NCBI GenBank assembly: GCA_964035545.1
Contig: OZ037765.1
Span: 30,689,504 to 30,753,503, forward strand
Length of the DNA stretch: 64,000 bases
Direction: 5' to 3'
Source of the DNA: Bugula neritina
Taxonomy: Eukaryota > Animalia > Bryozoa
Made by a program: the position numbers and the translations under genes. The notes below the pieces were generated by a model. That model saw only the letters and a list, made by a program, of their open reading frames with translations, was not told the origin of the DNA and did not search any database. Below, piece by piece: positions 13,901 through 31,451 of this stretch. Position 1 is the first letter of the stretch; each line of letters begins with the position of its first letter.

Positions 13901-14664
13901 TTTGGAAATACTGAAATACACTCCCAGGCATTCAAAGAAAACTACTAAAGTCCAGTTTCTGATAGAATGAAGACAGAAGATGCATAACAGCTACCCTCTC
14001 TATAGTGAAAATTGAAATTTAAAACAAATATTAAAGTTTTTGGTGATGAGTTTTTAAGAAACAATGATCAATATTATATTACAATAATTATAATGAATGA
14101 AATTATAAGATGTGGGAAATAAAGCACTTACTCATGAAGGTCACCATGATAATCTATTTTTAGATCTTTCATAAGATATGATTTCCATGTTGTGCTGCCA
14201 CATTTAGCTGTCGCACAAAAAAACAGCCGATGGTGAGGTGATGTCATCCATATCCAGTCGCTCAAGCCACCACCAATTCGGTTGTAGTCTGGGTAACTTT
14301 TCATAACCAACTTTTTGAAGTCTGAACAATATTTTCTTACTCTCTCTACTCGAAGAGCACTTAGATCTTTTATTGAATACTCCATGTCATTCTGCCCTGT
14401 TGTGTGGTTTTTTTCCCATGTGTTAAGTGAGACTTTTACCAGATGAGTTGGAGTTGAATACTCCGTGTGGTTTTGCCCTGTTGTGTGTTTTTTTCCCCAT
14501 TCGTTAGTTGAGACTTTCAACAGACGAGTTGCAGATAAATCTTTAGGAAAGAAGTTGCCTCTCATTTGAATGATGATGCAGAGCACTGTGAACTGCACCA
14601 AGAGTATTACTGTCAGTTTGGCAGCTGAAAGATTGAGGCAGCAGGTAGAATGTCTGCATCTCAT
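10999..14664 (-). CDS. Carbohydrate sulfotransferase copy C (exons 14664-14132, 13034-12857, 11903-11741, 11213-10999; 362 aa)
   Basis: Same exon sizes (178/163/215) and phases as copy B, intact motifs, and a duplicated stem segment in exon 1. Confidence 0.92.
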
Positions 14665-15956
14665 TTTCTAGCGTTTCCAGTACTGCTGTGACCTACAAAC
14701 ACATCAACAGCATCATAAAGTCAGCTCAATTAAGAATTTTTGCAACAAAATTCAATTTTATCAGATTAGATTACAAATGATTGTAAGTTTAGTAGATATA
14801 TGTAGTAATGTGACTTTGATGGTAATGATTGTGAAAACTCAAACTTTTTTTAATAAAGTGTTATAGGAGAAAACATGGAAAAGTTTGTAAAGACAGATTG
14901 AACCAACCTTTGAAGTTGTATGCTGACAACCAATCTAGCTGTAATGAACTTTTACTAAGAGTTATGAATATAATAGTCATTACTGGTAGCTTTATTACTA
15001 TAGCCTACTGGCTGAATCGTACAATCACAATATTAACAAAGGACACTTGATAGTTTTTTATCAACTGCACAAGAACAAAGGCTAGGCTTGAATGGCTATT
15101 GTAATTTACATTCAATGATTTCTATTAGAAATGTCTTGCTTCAGCAAATAAAATATTGATTACTAGTGAACTAAGTTGCATAGTCCTGGGTATCATATGA
15201 TAGAGTTTAGAAATTAAGAAAAACAGTCAAGCTGCTCCTGTAATCATACAAGTGTGAATTGATTCAGCTATTACGGCTTGGGTAAAAAAATTACAATCCA
15301 CCGTAATTAGGTTTATATATAATATAAATATGTTATAACCGTTAAAATTACATATTAGTAATTTCTGTTGCAAAATAATTTAAAATATGCAAGCTTTTTG
15401 ACATTTCTTTATTTTACTATAAGCCTCAAATAGTTCCATTTAAAGGTCCGTTTAATTTGTTTCAAAGCTGGTGCAAAAAATGTTAAGAAACAATTCTTCG
15501 AAAAATATGCGGTAAATTTAATTCAACAAGTTTTTCAAAAGTGCCTCTCTTTTACTTTCAACTACACAAACTCTTACCAGCAATAAACACTGTTTTCTCT
15601 CTCCATGTGCGCTATGTCTGTTTTTGACAGTTGGTTTCAACAGCGGTGTTGTTTTTTAACACAACCCTCGATGAGGACAAATGGTAATACTGTTGTAGGT
15701 ATAAATAGTTACTTTAAGATTAGGCCTATTTACATATTACAAATTCCAATGTAGTTGAAACATGCAATATTTTATTAATGAGAAATTGTAATTGTAAAAG
15801 ATGTTATTTATTATTATCCGTATATATATATATTAATTCGGTTACTAAGCAATAAGGAATACGGCAAGTAGCAAATTGGCTTCAGCTATGGAAGACATGC
15901 ATAATATGTGAAGCATGCAATTACAAAGATAATAGTTAAATTACAGAGTGATATAC

Positions 15957-16648
15957 TGTAAAGTGTAAACGATTGCAACAACTGTCAATAACACCTCGCG
16001 TTACAGTATATTTTATAATTGGCTGACCCGCTGTGCAGTGCTGCGGTTATGTGATCGCAGTGACGTTACATCTGGATTTGATTGACTCGGTCTGATGATT
16101 TCCCCGCACTTTTTGTTTTTTAACTTGCGCGCAGCAAAGTAATTGGGTCATCGGCAGTATTAGAGCAGCAGACGACAATCGGTCATTATAAAGTTGTATT
16201 TTAATTGAAAGTCGCACTGAAGATAAAGTTGTATTTATCTTTAAGTTAGTCAAGCAGATAGTTATATTCATCTTAAAGTTACACAAATAGTTAGCATTTC
16301 ATGAGATTAAAGAGAACTAAAGGTATGTTTTTCTAAAAAAAATAATTTAAATATCTTGTCAATTTGATTACTTAAATCAATTAAACTGTATTTGTAATAA
16401 ACTAATATGTTTTTAGTAATAAATGCCATCAATTTATATAGTTATTAATTTAGATCAGTTTTAGTTATAGATATTATCAATGTTATTAGCATAAATTTTT
16501 GTTGTGTATATAAGTTTTGTTGTCAGTTAAGTTTTACTAGTGTAGCATAAGCAATGCTGTCTATCTTTTAGACTTCACGTTGGTGTTTAAAATAATAAAG
16601 TAAATACATCATCAGTGAACTTAATCTCCAAAGTCTCTAATTGCTACA
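15957..16648 (+). mobile_element. Solo LTR (BEL/Pao-like 5-bp TSD) in 3' UTR of copy D
   Basis: TGTAAAG...GCTACA termini; TSD TATAC/TTTAC (1 mismatch); AATAAA near 16594. Copies B, C and E show the empty site GAGTGATATACTATAAC. Confidence 0.75.
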
Positions 16649-16671
16649 TTTACTATAACTTGTCATACTAG

Positions 16672-19041
<2,370 letters not shown>

Positions 19042-19530
19042 TTTCTAGCTTTTTCAGTTCTGCTGTGACCTACAAACACAGCGGCAGCATCATAAAGTTC
19101 GCTCAATTAAGAATTTTTACAACAAAATTCAATTTTATCAGATTGCATTACAAATGATTGCAAGTTTAGTAGATATATGTAGTAATGTGACTGTGATGGT
19201 AATGATTGTGAAAACTCAAAAAAAAGTTAAATAAGTGTTTTAGGAGAAAATATGAAAAAGTTTGTAAAAAAAGATTGAACCAACCTTTGAATTGTATGCT
19301 GACAATCAATCTAGCTGTGATGAACTTTTACCAAGACTTATAAATATAATAGTCATTACTGGTAACTTTTTTGACTATAATCTACTGGCTGAATCGTACA
19401 TTTACGATATGAACAAAGGACACTTGATATTTTTTTATCAACTGCACAACAATAAAGGCTAGGCTTTAATGGCTGTTGTAATTTGCGTTCAATGATTTCT
19501 ATTAGAAATGTCTTGCTTCAGCAAATAAAA

Positions 19531-21519
<1,989 letters not shown>

Positions 21520-22059
21520 AAGCCTCAAATAGTTCTATCTAAAGGTTTGTCTACTTCTTTTCAAAGCTTGTGCTAAAATGTAAAGAAACAATCCTTTGCA
21601 AAACATGCGGTAAATTTAGTTCAACAAGTTTTGCAAAAGTGCCTCTTTATTACTTTGAAATACGCAAACTCTTACCAGCAATAAACACTGTTTTCTCTCT
21701 CTATGTGCATTATGTCTGCTTTAGACAGTTGGTTTCAACAGCTGTGATTTATTTTAAAACAATCCTCAATGAGGACAAATAGCAATACTGTTGTAAGTAG
21801 AAATAGTTACCTTAAGATTATTTACCTATTACAAATTCCAATGTAGTTGAAACATACAATATATTATTAATGAGAAATTGTAATTGTAAAAGATGTTATT
21901 TATCCTTATATACATTCAGTTACTAAGCAATATAGAATACAGAAAGTATCAAATTTACAAGGTTTGGTTTCAGCTATGAGAGACATGAAAATGTGAAGCG
22001 TGCAGTTACAAAGATAATAGTCAGATTACAGAGTGATATACTATAACTTGTCATGCTAG

Positions 22060-24589
22060 TTATAAGAATGGGGTGTGTGGATACTCAAACAGTGCAATAT
22101 CATCTTTATACATTATCTGTAGCTGTTGAACCATATCTACCGGCAGTTCAGTGTAGTAATCTTTGTATAGGTTTTTATATTTCATCTTATTTGATGGCTT
22201 ATACTTCGGTTGTATACTAAAGTTTAAATGTTTCATTAGATATTCTTCCCCTTTATCCATTTCTTCAAGTTTTACTGTAAAAAATACAATTATTCCATAG
22301 AAATTAGCTGTGCAGATATATAGATGAAAGTAGTATAACTTAAAGCAATATTATGCAGTGTGTAACAGAAAAATATATAATTTATTTAATACTTCATCAT
22401 ATACCATGTCACAAAAAACTTTTATATAGTAATGATTTGAATGCAAATTGAAATTCTCAAAATATGCTTTATTTTTTCACACTTGAGATATTTGTAAACT
22501 ACGTCTGACAGTATGAGCTCTACACATGAATAAATCTAATATACGTCATAATTTCAAAGAAATTGTACAATCAGCTTTTATTCAAGGGATCATTGCACCA
22601 GTTCTTAACTAGGTGAAGTTCTAGATCCATTCTTGCCATTTTCTTAAGTTTTTTCTCTGTAGGCTATAAAAGTTTTCAATTGCCAAATCAAACTTTTAAA
22701 CCAATTGCATTTCTTTACTTTATATAATCTTCAATTCAACAAAAAATAACTTACAGATTGGCTTTTTGCCAAAGTTGCTGCAAGACAATGTAAGTCACTG
22801 TAAATATTCAATATATTATTGTTACGTACAAACTATGTTGTAGTCCATAAGACAAATTCCACATAAAGACACGATTGGCTGAGTGTGAGCCTCGTACATC
22901 ACATTCTCTGGCTTCTGTAGAACACAGTCTATGAACTGATGAAATGTGATATTAGTTGAGCCTTCATAAGCCTTCCAGCCATAACAAAGCTTCTGAAAAA
23001 AAAGCCAAATAATATCTATATAGTCAGCATATAACTGCATGTTACTCTATATTTAAACTTGAAGCTGCAATTGAAACAAATTATAGCAGATCTTTCAACT
23101 CACATTTTTTGTCAATTAACAGTAACATCCTTGTGTTTGAGGGTTTTACTGCAATAATTGTGAAAATAGAAAGAAAATTGTTTCTTTATGGTGCGTAAGG
23201 ATGCTGGAACAACAAATTATTTTACATTTAAGACATTATTTTACCTGCAACTCCCACTTCTTTATTACAATTTTATCTTCGTAGGCAGATACAAGTCTGG
23301 CCCAAGGATTACGGACAATGATCAACCTGTGTTCTGGCCGATATGTCTCTAAAAACTTTACACTATCTCCCTTATAATCTTTCAGCAATGCACTGCTTCC
23401 TAGATACTTCCTAGCAGCTCTGAAATATTTCTATTATTTGTTATTTAATTAAAGCTAATTTTTAAAAACATCTTGAGTAATAATTTTTGTGGCCGGTACA
23501 TATTACTTCAGTCCCAACATGTTTATAACTTACTCATATAGGAACATCAGCAATGACTCTTTACATTAATAATACAGGCTATAGAAATGTTACATAATTT
23601 GTCTATACAGCATTTTACTTAGCACCGAAAATAAAAATTGATCTGATCCACCAAAAATCACTAGCACCAGCACTTTTAACATCACATAAGCAAATGCTTT
23701 CACGGCCCAAAGGAAAAGTAAATATTAAATTTTTCGTAATTTGACACCTACTTGTTTGTGATTACTGGAATAGTATTGTTATAACATTATTATTATACAA
23801 TGAGGGTCTATTGAGGGAGCAGCAATAATCAAGTCCACAAGTCTTTAGACCACTTAATAAAAACCTTTTCTGTAGGGTTTCTTACAAGAATTACATTAGG
23901 TAGGTGCAGTAATGGAGAAATTGAGAAAACCCTGTGCTACAGATTAAAAATGTAGCATAAAAAGTTGTGTTCTCGCCAGAATTTCAACTGGCACCCTAAA
24001 CCAAAAATTATAAAAAAAATTAAAAAACTTAAGCTATCTCAATTTCTCTAGTACTGCTCCTAAATGAAAGATAGTGACTATAAACCCAAGTGAGTTTCCC
24101 ATTATTATATGGGAATAGAACTAAAATATCTGCGGAATAAAACACTTACTCATGAGTGTCCACATGCCAATCTATTTTAAGATCTTCCATAAGATATGAT
24201 TTCCATGTCGTGCTGCCACATTTGGTTGTTGCACAGTAAAACAGGTGATGATGAAGTGATGTCATCCATATCCAGTCAGCCATACGATGACTCAGCCGGT
24301 TGTAGTCTGGATACGTCTCCATAACAAACTCATTAAAATCCAAACAGTACTTTCTTACTTTCTTCACTCGAGAAAAACTTAATTCTTCTATTGAATACTC
24401 CACGTGGTTTATTTCCTTTGTATTAGTTGAGACTTTTACTAGGTGAGTTGAAGTTAACTCTTCAGATTTAGGGAAGACGTTAACCTTCATCTGAATGATG
24501 ATGCAGAGCACTGTAAACTGCACCAAGAGTATTACTGTCAGCTTGGCAGCTGAAGGATTCAGGCAGCAGGTAGAATGTCTGCATTCCAT
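22060..24589 (-). CDS. Carbohydrate sulfotransferase copy E (exons 24589-24150, 23419-23245, 22992-22830, 22274-22060; 330 aa)
   Basis: 993-nt spliced frame with the same motifs; introns very similar to copy D. Confidence 0.92.
23901..24062. mobile_element. MITE in intron 1 of copy E
   Basis: TIR TAGGTGCAGTAATGGAGAAATTGAGA / TCTCAATTTCTCTAGTACTGCTCCTA. Absent in copy D. A related right half occurs at ~54865-54935. Confidence 0.7.
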
Positions 24590-27500
24590 GTTCTAGCTCT
24601 TCCAGTGCTGCTGCTGCTGCTGCTCACTCAAATAAATAAATTAAATAATAAAATCATGCTCCCGTAATACATAATATCACATAATAATATAATATCACTC
24701 ATTATTACAATGATTGTAAAAGTTCAAATTCAACATCTCCTCGCAAGCTCAAAATAAACTTTGTAGAAAAAAAGTTTGTAATGAAAGATTGAACCAACCT
24801 TTAAAGTTGTCCACTTTCTAGAGCTGATGAACTTTTATTGAAGATTATATATTTGTTAACTTTCAACTTGTAGTTAGTAGCCAAAGATTGTATATTGGTA
24901 ACTAAAGGTAATATATTAGTAACCAAAGATTATATATTATAGTAACTAAAGATTATCTATTTGTTATCAGTAACTTAATCAACTTGCAGTTAGTAACCAA
25001 CACACTTGCTGATTCCCACAGTAAGCTGTTGGCTTGACAATGGGCATCTGCAATTCTGTTTCATGAACTATGCAAGATAACTAACAATAACATCTTTCCA
25101 TGACTTGAGTAACTTGCAAATGTTGCAGCAAATAAGATGTTGCATGCTAGTAAACTAAGTTGCAAAGGCCTAAGTGTGATATTATAGACTAGTGATGTAG
25201 AAAACCTTGGGTAATAACATAATTATTAATGGTTCCATAAGCAGCATGTTAATAATTCTTGTCTGGTGGTGTATTCGTAAAACACTATTAACTGGTACTC
25301 TGGGCAACGCAAAGAACTGTTATAGTCCGTGCAGAGGTAAAAAAATATAAACCTAATTTTGAGGGTTATTATATAGAGGTTTAGATAAGTAGCTACTCTG
25401 TATAATGAATTGCATAAGCATGCATTCATTAAAATTAATATTCGGGAGAAAAAGAAATTTTTTCAGAATAGGCAACTCAAAAATGTATTTAGCAATGTTT
25501 AAAGCTTAAATTCGTTTCAAACATAAGCCTCAGCTATATAGCTTACGTATACTATGCTTATATTATGTATATTATATATAATTCTATAGCTTCCATAGTA
25601 TTATATGTAACTTTTTTGTAAATATAAGGAACTGCTTGCCAAAAAAATAATTTTGTAAGTTGCTTTATATTTTTTGGGTTTAAAAAATTTTAATACCTAT
25701 ACAGGCATACAAAGTAAATATCTTCCAGTTTTAGCAAACTGCATTCATAACTCTATATAATTTATTATTGTTACCAAATACCTCTATAGTATATTCTTAT
25801 GTGGCTTAATGTCTACAAATTGGTCTTCCATATTATTTAACTTTAGTCTTATTAAATCAGTGCTACATGTTTACAACACAATGAAATAGTTCAAAATAAT
25901 ATCAAATAATGTTAATACACCATAGTTGTCTTCTCTTTATTGAACTGGTTAAACAGAACTTTAAACTTTACAAGATGTACAAGGGAACTGAGCAGAGTTT
26001 CACTTGACTGAATTTTCTAGTAAGTTAGTTTCTTTGGATTTTACGGCCAAAAGACAGTCACTGCGTGGTGTTTTTGGTAATTCAAACTGCACTGGAGTAT
26101 ATGGCTAAATGACTAACCTTTGTATATTGAGCCAAGAAAATTTGAAATGTAGCTATTCTTTTTCTCGTAACTTGTTCCAGCATTTGCTACCAATAGACAT
26201 GTTTTATTGGTCTCTTCACGCCTCAACCTACAAACTAATGCAAGATGAACTCTTTTTCTGTTATATTTATGTAGAACACTCGCTATTGGTTGCTTAAGAA
26301 ACTGTAATTAGACCAAATGTGCTTAAGTATGCGGAAATGCACTAACTTTAAACTGTATGATGATGGAAAGCTGCCAGTTTATGGAAACAAGCATCAGATG
26401 GAAGCATAAACCAAGCATAAGCTGAAAAAAACTACTGCATTGCTTGCATGTTCAAAGATAAGTAAATTCACCATTTATCTTATAACTTAAACTAATTAAA
26501 GAACAATCTATACCATCTAAATAAAATTATTTTATATTATGCTACAATGTCATGTTTAAGGCTCTACTATCTTTATATAGCATGGTATAATATTTATTAG
26601 CATTTAATCCAAAGAATATCGTTTTCTGCATAGCGGTAATATCATCTAAGCTGTTACTGTCATCACAAGCTAATAAGGATTGCTCACAGCTTTGTGTTTC
26701 ACACATGCTTTGTGTTTCAGCATCGTTATGTTTAGAAATTAGCTGCCTTGCATGCTGAGTAAGCAATGGAGACCAATTTGCTGTGTCAGGTCATAAGAAA
26801 CTTAATATACCAGTAAATGGTGCAATCACAACTGATGCTATGGGCCCATCTTGTTTGTGCCAGAAATTAAATTGATTCTTAACTTATGATGATGTAATAT
26901 GCTGACGCACAGCTGCTGCTAATCAATATGTTTATTGATAATGTCTAGTCTCTACATTACCTGGTATAATTTTTTAATCTCATCAAGGCTGAGGCATCCA
27001 TATCATCTGCTGCCAACAAGCATTTGATTACACGCGATATATTTGCATATAATATAATTCAAGTTTTATCCGATTATCCACTTATGTGTAACTCATACAT
27101 GTTATCAACAATGTCTGCATCAATAAGTCGCATAATATACTTTCTAGTAAACAATTAAGGTATAAGTTTTGATTCACTATAACAGCTTTGAGGGTTCATC
27201 ATTTGTGTAATTCCATCGAATACTGAAATCTTAAGCACTGTTTGCCGTACCAACCCCTTTCAGAGATCCCTGGTGGTAGTTTTCTGTCTACAGCTTCCGT
27301 GACATATTTTACAACTTTTATTATCATTTAATAAGCATGGAGGTGTGATAATATACATCAGTTACTACCACTTATGCTGCTTTTTTGGCATTTTTCTTGA
27401 AGCAAGTGTTAGTGTAATTTATATAAAATCTTTAATTCCTAACCATAGCTTTTAATTACAAAAGATTTTTCTCTTCCTTCATGTTGAGAATTCATAAATG

Positions 27501-30500
27501 CTCACGTAAAGTAATAAAATAGTCAATGCTGCTTAAATAAGAAACCAATATCAATTTTAGTCATTCACAACGCACTGTGATAAATCTTGGTACAAGAAAA
27601 ATATTTTTTGGTTCTCTGCTATAATTTAATTGTTGAATTAAATATATAATACAGAAAGTGAGTCAATTATCTGATTGGTGTGTCATTTTAATTGTACACC
27701 TATTAAATGCTTAGAATAATTTTTCTACATATCAAAGTTTCATCAAATTTGGAATTCTCGTAATATGAAACTAATTTGAACAAGGCAGAAAAATTATAAT
27801 ATATCAAGTAGCTAAGCATTAAATCTTCAAGTGCATATGGATAGATTATTCTCACCAGCATTGTTTCTGTGTTATATAACTATAATTGTACATTAATCCT
27901 CAACTTATAAACTTTAGTAGGTTTCTATAAAAATGTGTTGGGTAGTGGGACACTCAAGATACCACCCCATAGCATATGTTAAATATTTGAAGCAATTCTA
28001 AAGCTATTGTAAAAATAAAATATGGCAAGGTATGTATGAAGGTAGAGGCTTTAAAATACAGGTGTGAGATTGTCTATTCATTGAAAAAATTAAGTGCTTT
28101 ATAGCATTACTATAGGTATTAATCTAATGTATAATAATATTTATATAATTACTATTTAGTATACTAGAATCAACTATAGTAAATCTATAGCCATCTATGA
28201 TTAATTAATTGGTTTTAAAATTCTTCCAAGTGCATTTTTTCACTTTAAACCATTTTTTTGCTTTCAATATCATCTTGCACTGGTATAAATAGCGATTGTG
28301 ACACTCAGTGATTGATAGTGAATTCAATTACATAAGTTATTCACACGTACTTTGTGGTTACCATTTGGCAATTTCTAAGATCTGGACTAGAGCTGCTATG
28401 GTTTGAACTCAAATTTATTGGAACCTCTAGAATATCATATAAATCAAAATACTTTTTTAATTAAATTTCTTTTTGAAATATTTTCTCACAATTCATGGAC
28501 CGAGGCAATCTTGACCCAGCTTCTAACCTTTGCATACAGCATGTTCGTAGAAAAGACCGCATAAATATTTGAGTCAGCCACATTTTGAAAATATGGAGAA
28601 GCTGAGAAAAGCCTGCGTTCTATATGGGAACTTAGCAAAAATAGTTATATTCTTAACCTACATCACAACCAAAATTTTACACAAATAACTAACTTTGACT
28701 ATTAAAATGTTTCAATTAATGCAGCTAGATGTACATTAACTTGACCTGATCATTCAGCGACAGTTCTGCTTCGTTTCACAAGTGCTAGGTAGCGACAAAC
28801 TGGATTCACACCAACTATACCGGCGTGTACTGTGTTACCACCTCACTTTTCATTGCATTAATTACAAATTAATCAGGATTTTGCTCATCTGTGAGTGAAA
28901 GCTATATACAAAAGTATAATCTGTATTTCATGTTCAAAAGTCAGAAACACCTAAAGTTTGTCAGCACCTCTAAGCTCTGTGAACATCTGAGCCGCTGACA
29001 TGATGATGTAACAATAGACACCAGCACTTCCATGTAGCACAGGTTATCCAAGCCACTGCACCAGGGTAAATTTGCTAAATATAGATCCTCGCCCATCCTC
29101 ACCTATCTCTGCTCTGTCTTATTATAAATATGGATACTACTTTAAAAGTTCAGCTTTGAAATTTTTATGCACTTATTTATACATCTGCATAATGCCCTGT
29201 AAAAGCTTCTGATCACAAAGGTTTTTTGGCGCACTGAAGTCTACGCTCCCCATCATGCTGGCAACATGGTTTGAGAGCTTTTATCAGAACACAGAAGCTA
29301 TAATTATGATGAAATGCTTTTCCTGGTGTCACCTGGACTTAAACAAGTATGATCTATGTCACAGCTTGCTCCATTTAACATAAACTGTGTCAACAGACTC
29401 ATTGCTCCAGAGTAAACTACTATAAATATAATATATAGATACCATTTTAAAACTTCAACATACTTTTCTTCACATCTGTGTAAAAATGTCTCCACTGTCC
29501 GATTACATAAAAATACAAGTCTTTACTGTTTTTAAAATTCTTCGTCTATTATAATATTTACAGTTACTGACTAGTTTCCATAAATTGATGTCCATGCATA
29601 TGAACTGTGGACTTTCAGGAACCTCAGGCAATTTTAGATGGCCTGGGGCAATTGTAAGATGACCTGGGGTATTTGTTAGACAACCTGCGGTAATAAACAA
29701 GCTAGTCATGTACAATGGTGAGATAAGAATAGGAAGAGAAATATTTATTTATTTGTTTTTTTTTTATTTTTGCTGATACTACAGATATTTATTTTATAAT
29801 GTAAATATGCAAATAAGAAAATTTTACTGTATGTAATTTCATGCAGTTTTCAGTGACATCAATAATTATCAAGCAGAAAGAATTCCTTCATTCAAACTAA
29901 CCTGTTAGCTAACCGTTTGCCATAATGGGAGTTCAACATAGCTCTGTAATTTTTCTAGAATAAAAGCTTAAATTAGCATATATCTTTGGTTCCAAAACTT
30001 TAAACGTATATTACATGTTGATTTTGTATTCATTAATATTTACTGCTCTGTGTGTAATATGAAACAGTAAATAGTACACAGCACAGCACACATGAGAGTG
30101 ATATGGTTAATTTGAACCATCTCTCTCTTTGATATGGTTTATACTCTCTTCTATGCTTTGTGAGTAAGTCAGGTTCAATTAACCAGAAATCGGCAACCAC
30201 ATTCTTCCATCTTATTGAGCTGCATGTAGGTCAACTACTGTATTAACCATTATATCTCCTTGCAAATTATTTCGTTTACAGCTCAAATTAACTCGTATTT
30301 TAATCACTGTAATTATAAACAAGGTTCTTCAATATCATATCCATGATATAAGGCTTCATAGGTTTATAATATGATCATTGACATGGAAATGAAAAGAGAT
30401 TTTATTTTTCATAAATAAATAATATAGTGTTTGTTCTACATTTATAACATGGTGAGTTGTCTTCAATTTAAAAATTAAATAAATAATTATAAGAGAATAA

Positions 30501-31451
30501 AATATACCCAAAGTAAAACATAGTGTCATTAAAGTATGAATACTATAATAAGCTACTAGAAGAAAGTATAATCTGTTTTCTGATTAGTTGATAAAATGGT
30601 AAGAATATATTTCGGTATATATAGGTCATGGTGTAAATAATATGGATTGTCTTTGTTGATTCATAATACTAGAGGCATCATTGCGGCAGCAGCAGCATTA
30701 GAGATTCTTGTAGCACTTTTAGAGCATATAGTCATCTACAAATACAAGAATGACACTGTAAATGTTCAATCTAAACACTGTAGACTCTGTACATGGTAGT
30801 GAGTGTGCAATAGTGAAGTAAAACATAGGCTAAAATTTAATCCAGCCATTGAAATATCTATGTCGGCACTACCTTTACTTAAAGAGATCGTAATACTTTA
30901 ACAAAGACCTATTAACCGACTAGTTTTAGTTCCACTTCAGTAGCTTATAAACCATCTGCAATTATATTGATGCCAAAAATATACACACATGCCATTAGAA
31001 AGGAGATTATTTTGCAGGTGATTTATGGTTGGCCATGCTTGGTTCACAGTCTAATAACTTTTCAGTATAGATTCTCTTTTCTTTAAAACCTCACATCATG
31101 TCTTGTTTGAGTTTATTGAGATGTAAAAACTCTAGTATTCTGGTTTATTAAAATGTTCATTTAAAATTATAAAATTTATTAATACCAACAGCTAATGAGC
31201 AACCTTTCTATTCAGGAATTCCTTCACTTATGTTACAGAGCAAAAGTATCACATCTATAGCGTTGCATCATCATTTGCCCAAAAAATATTTACTAATGGC
31301 ATGTTATAAGTTTTCATTTTTTTATAGATGTTTAAATTGTGTTTTTAGGGATTTATTCAAATCATGTTACACAATTGCAATCGCATTTCTGTGTGAATGA
31401 ACTACATACTAATAGATTAAAACTTATAAATACTAACCACTTATTAATGAT

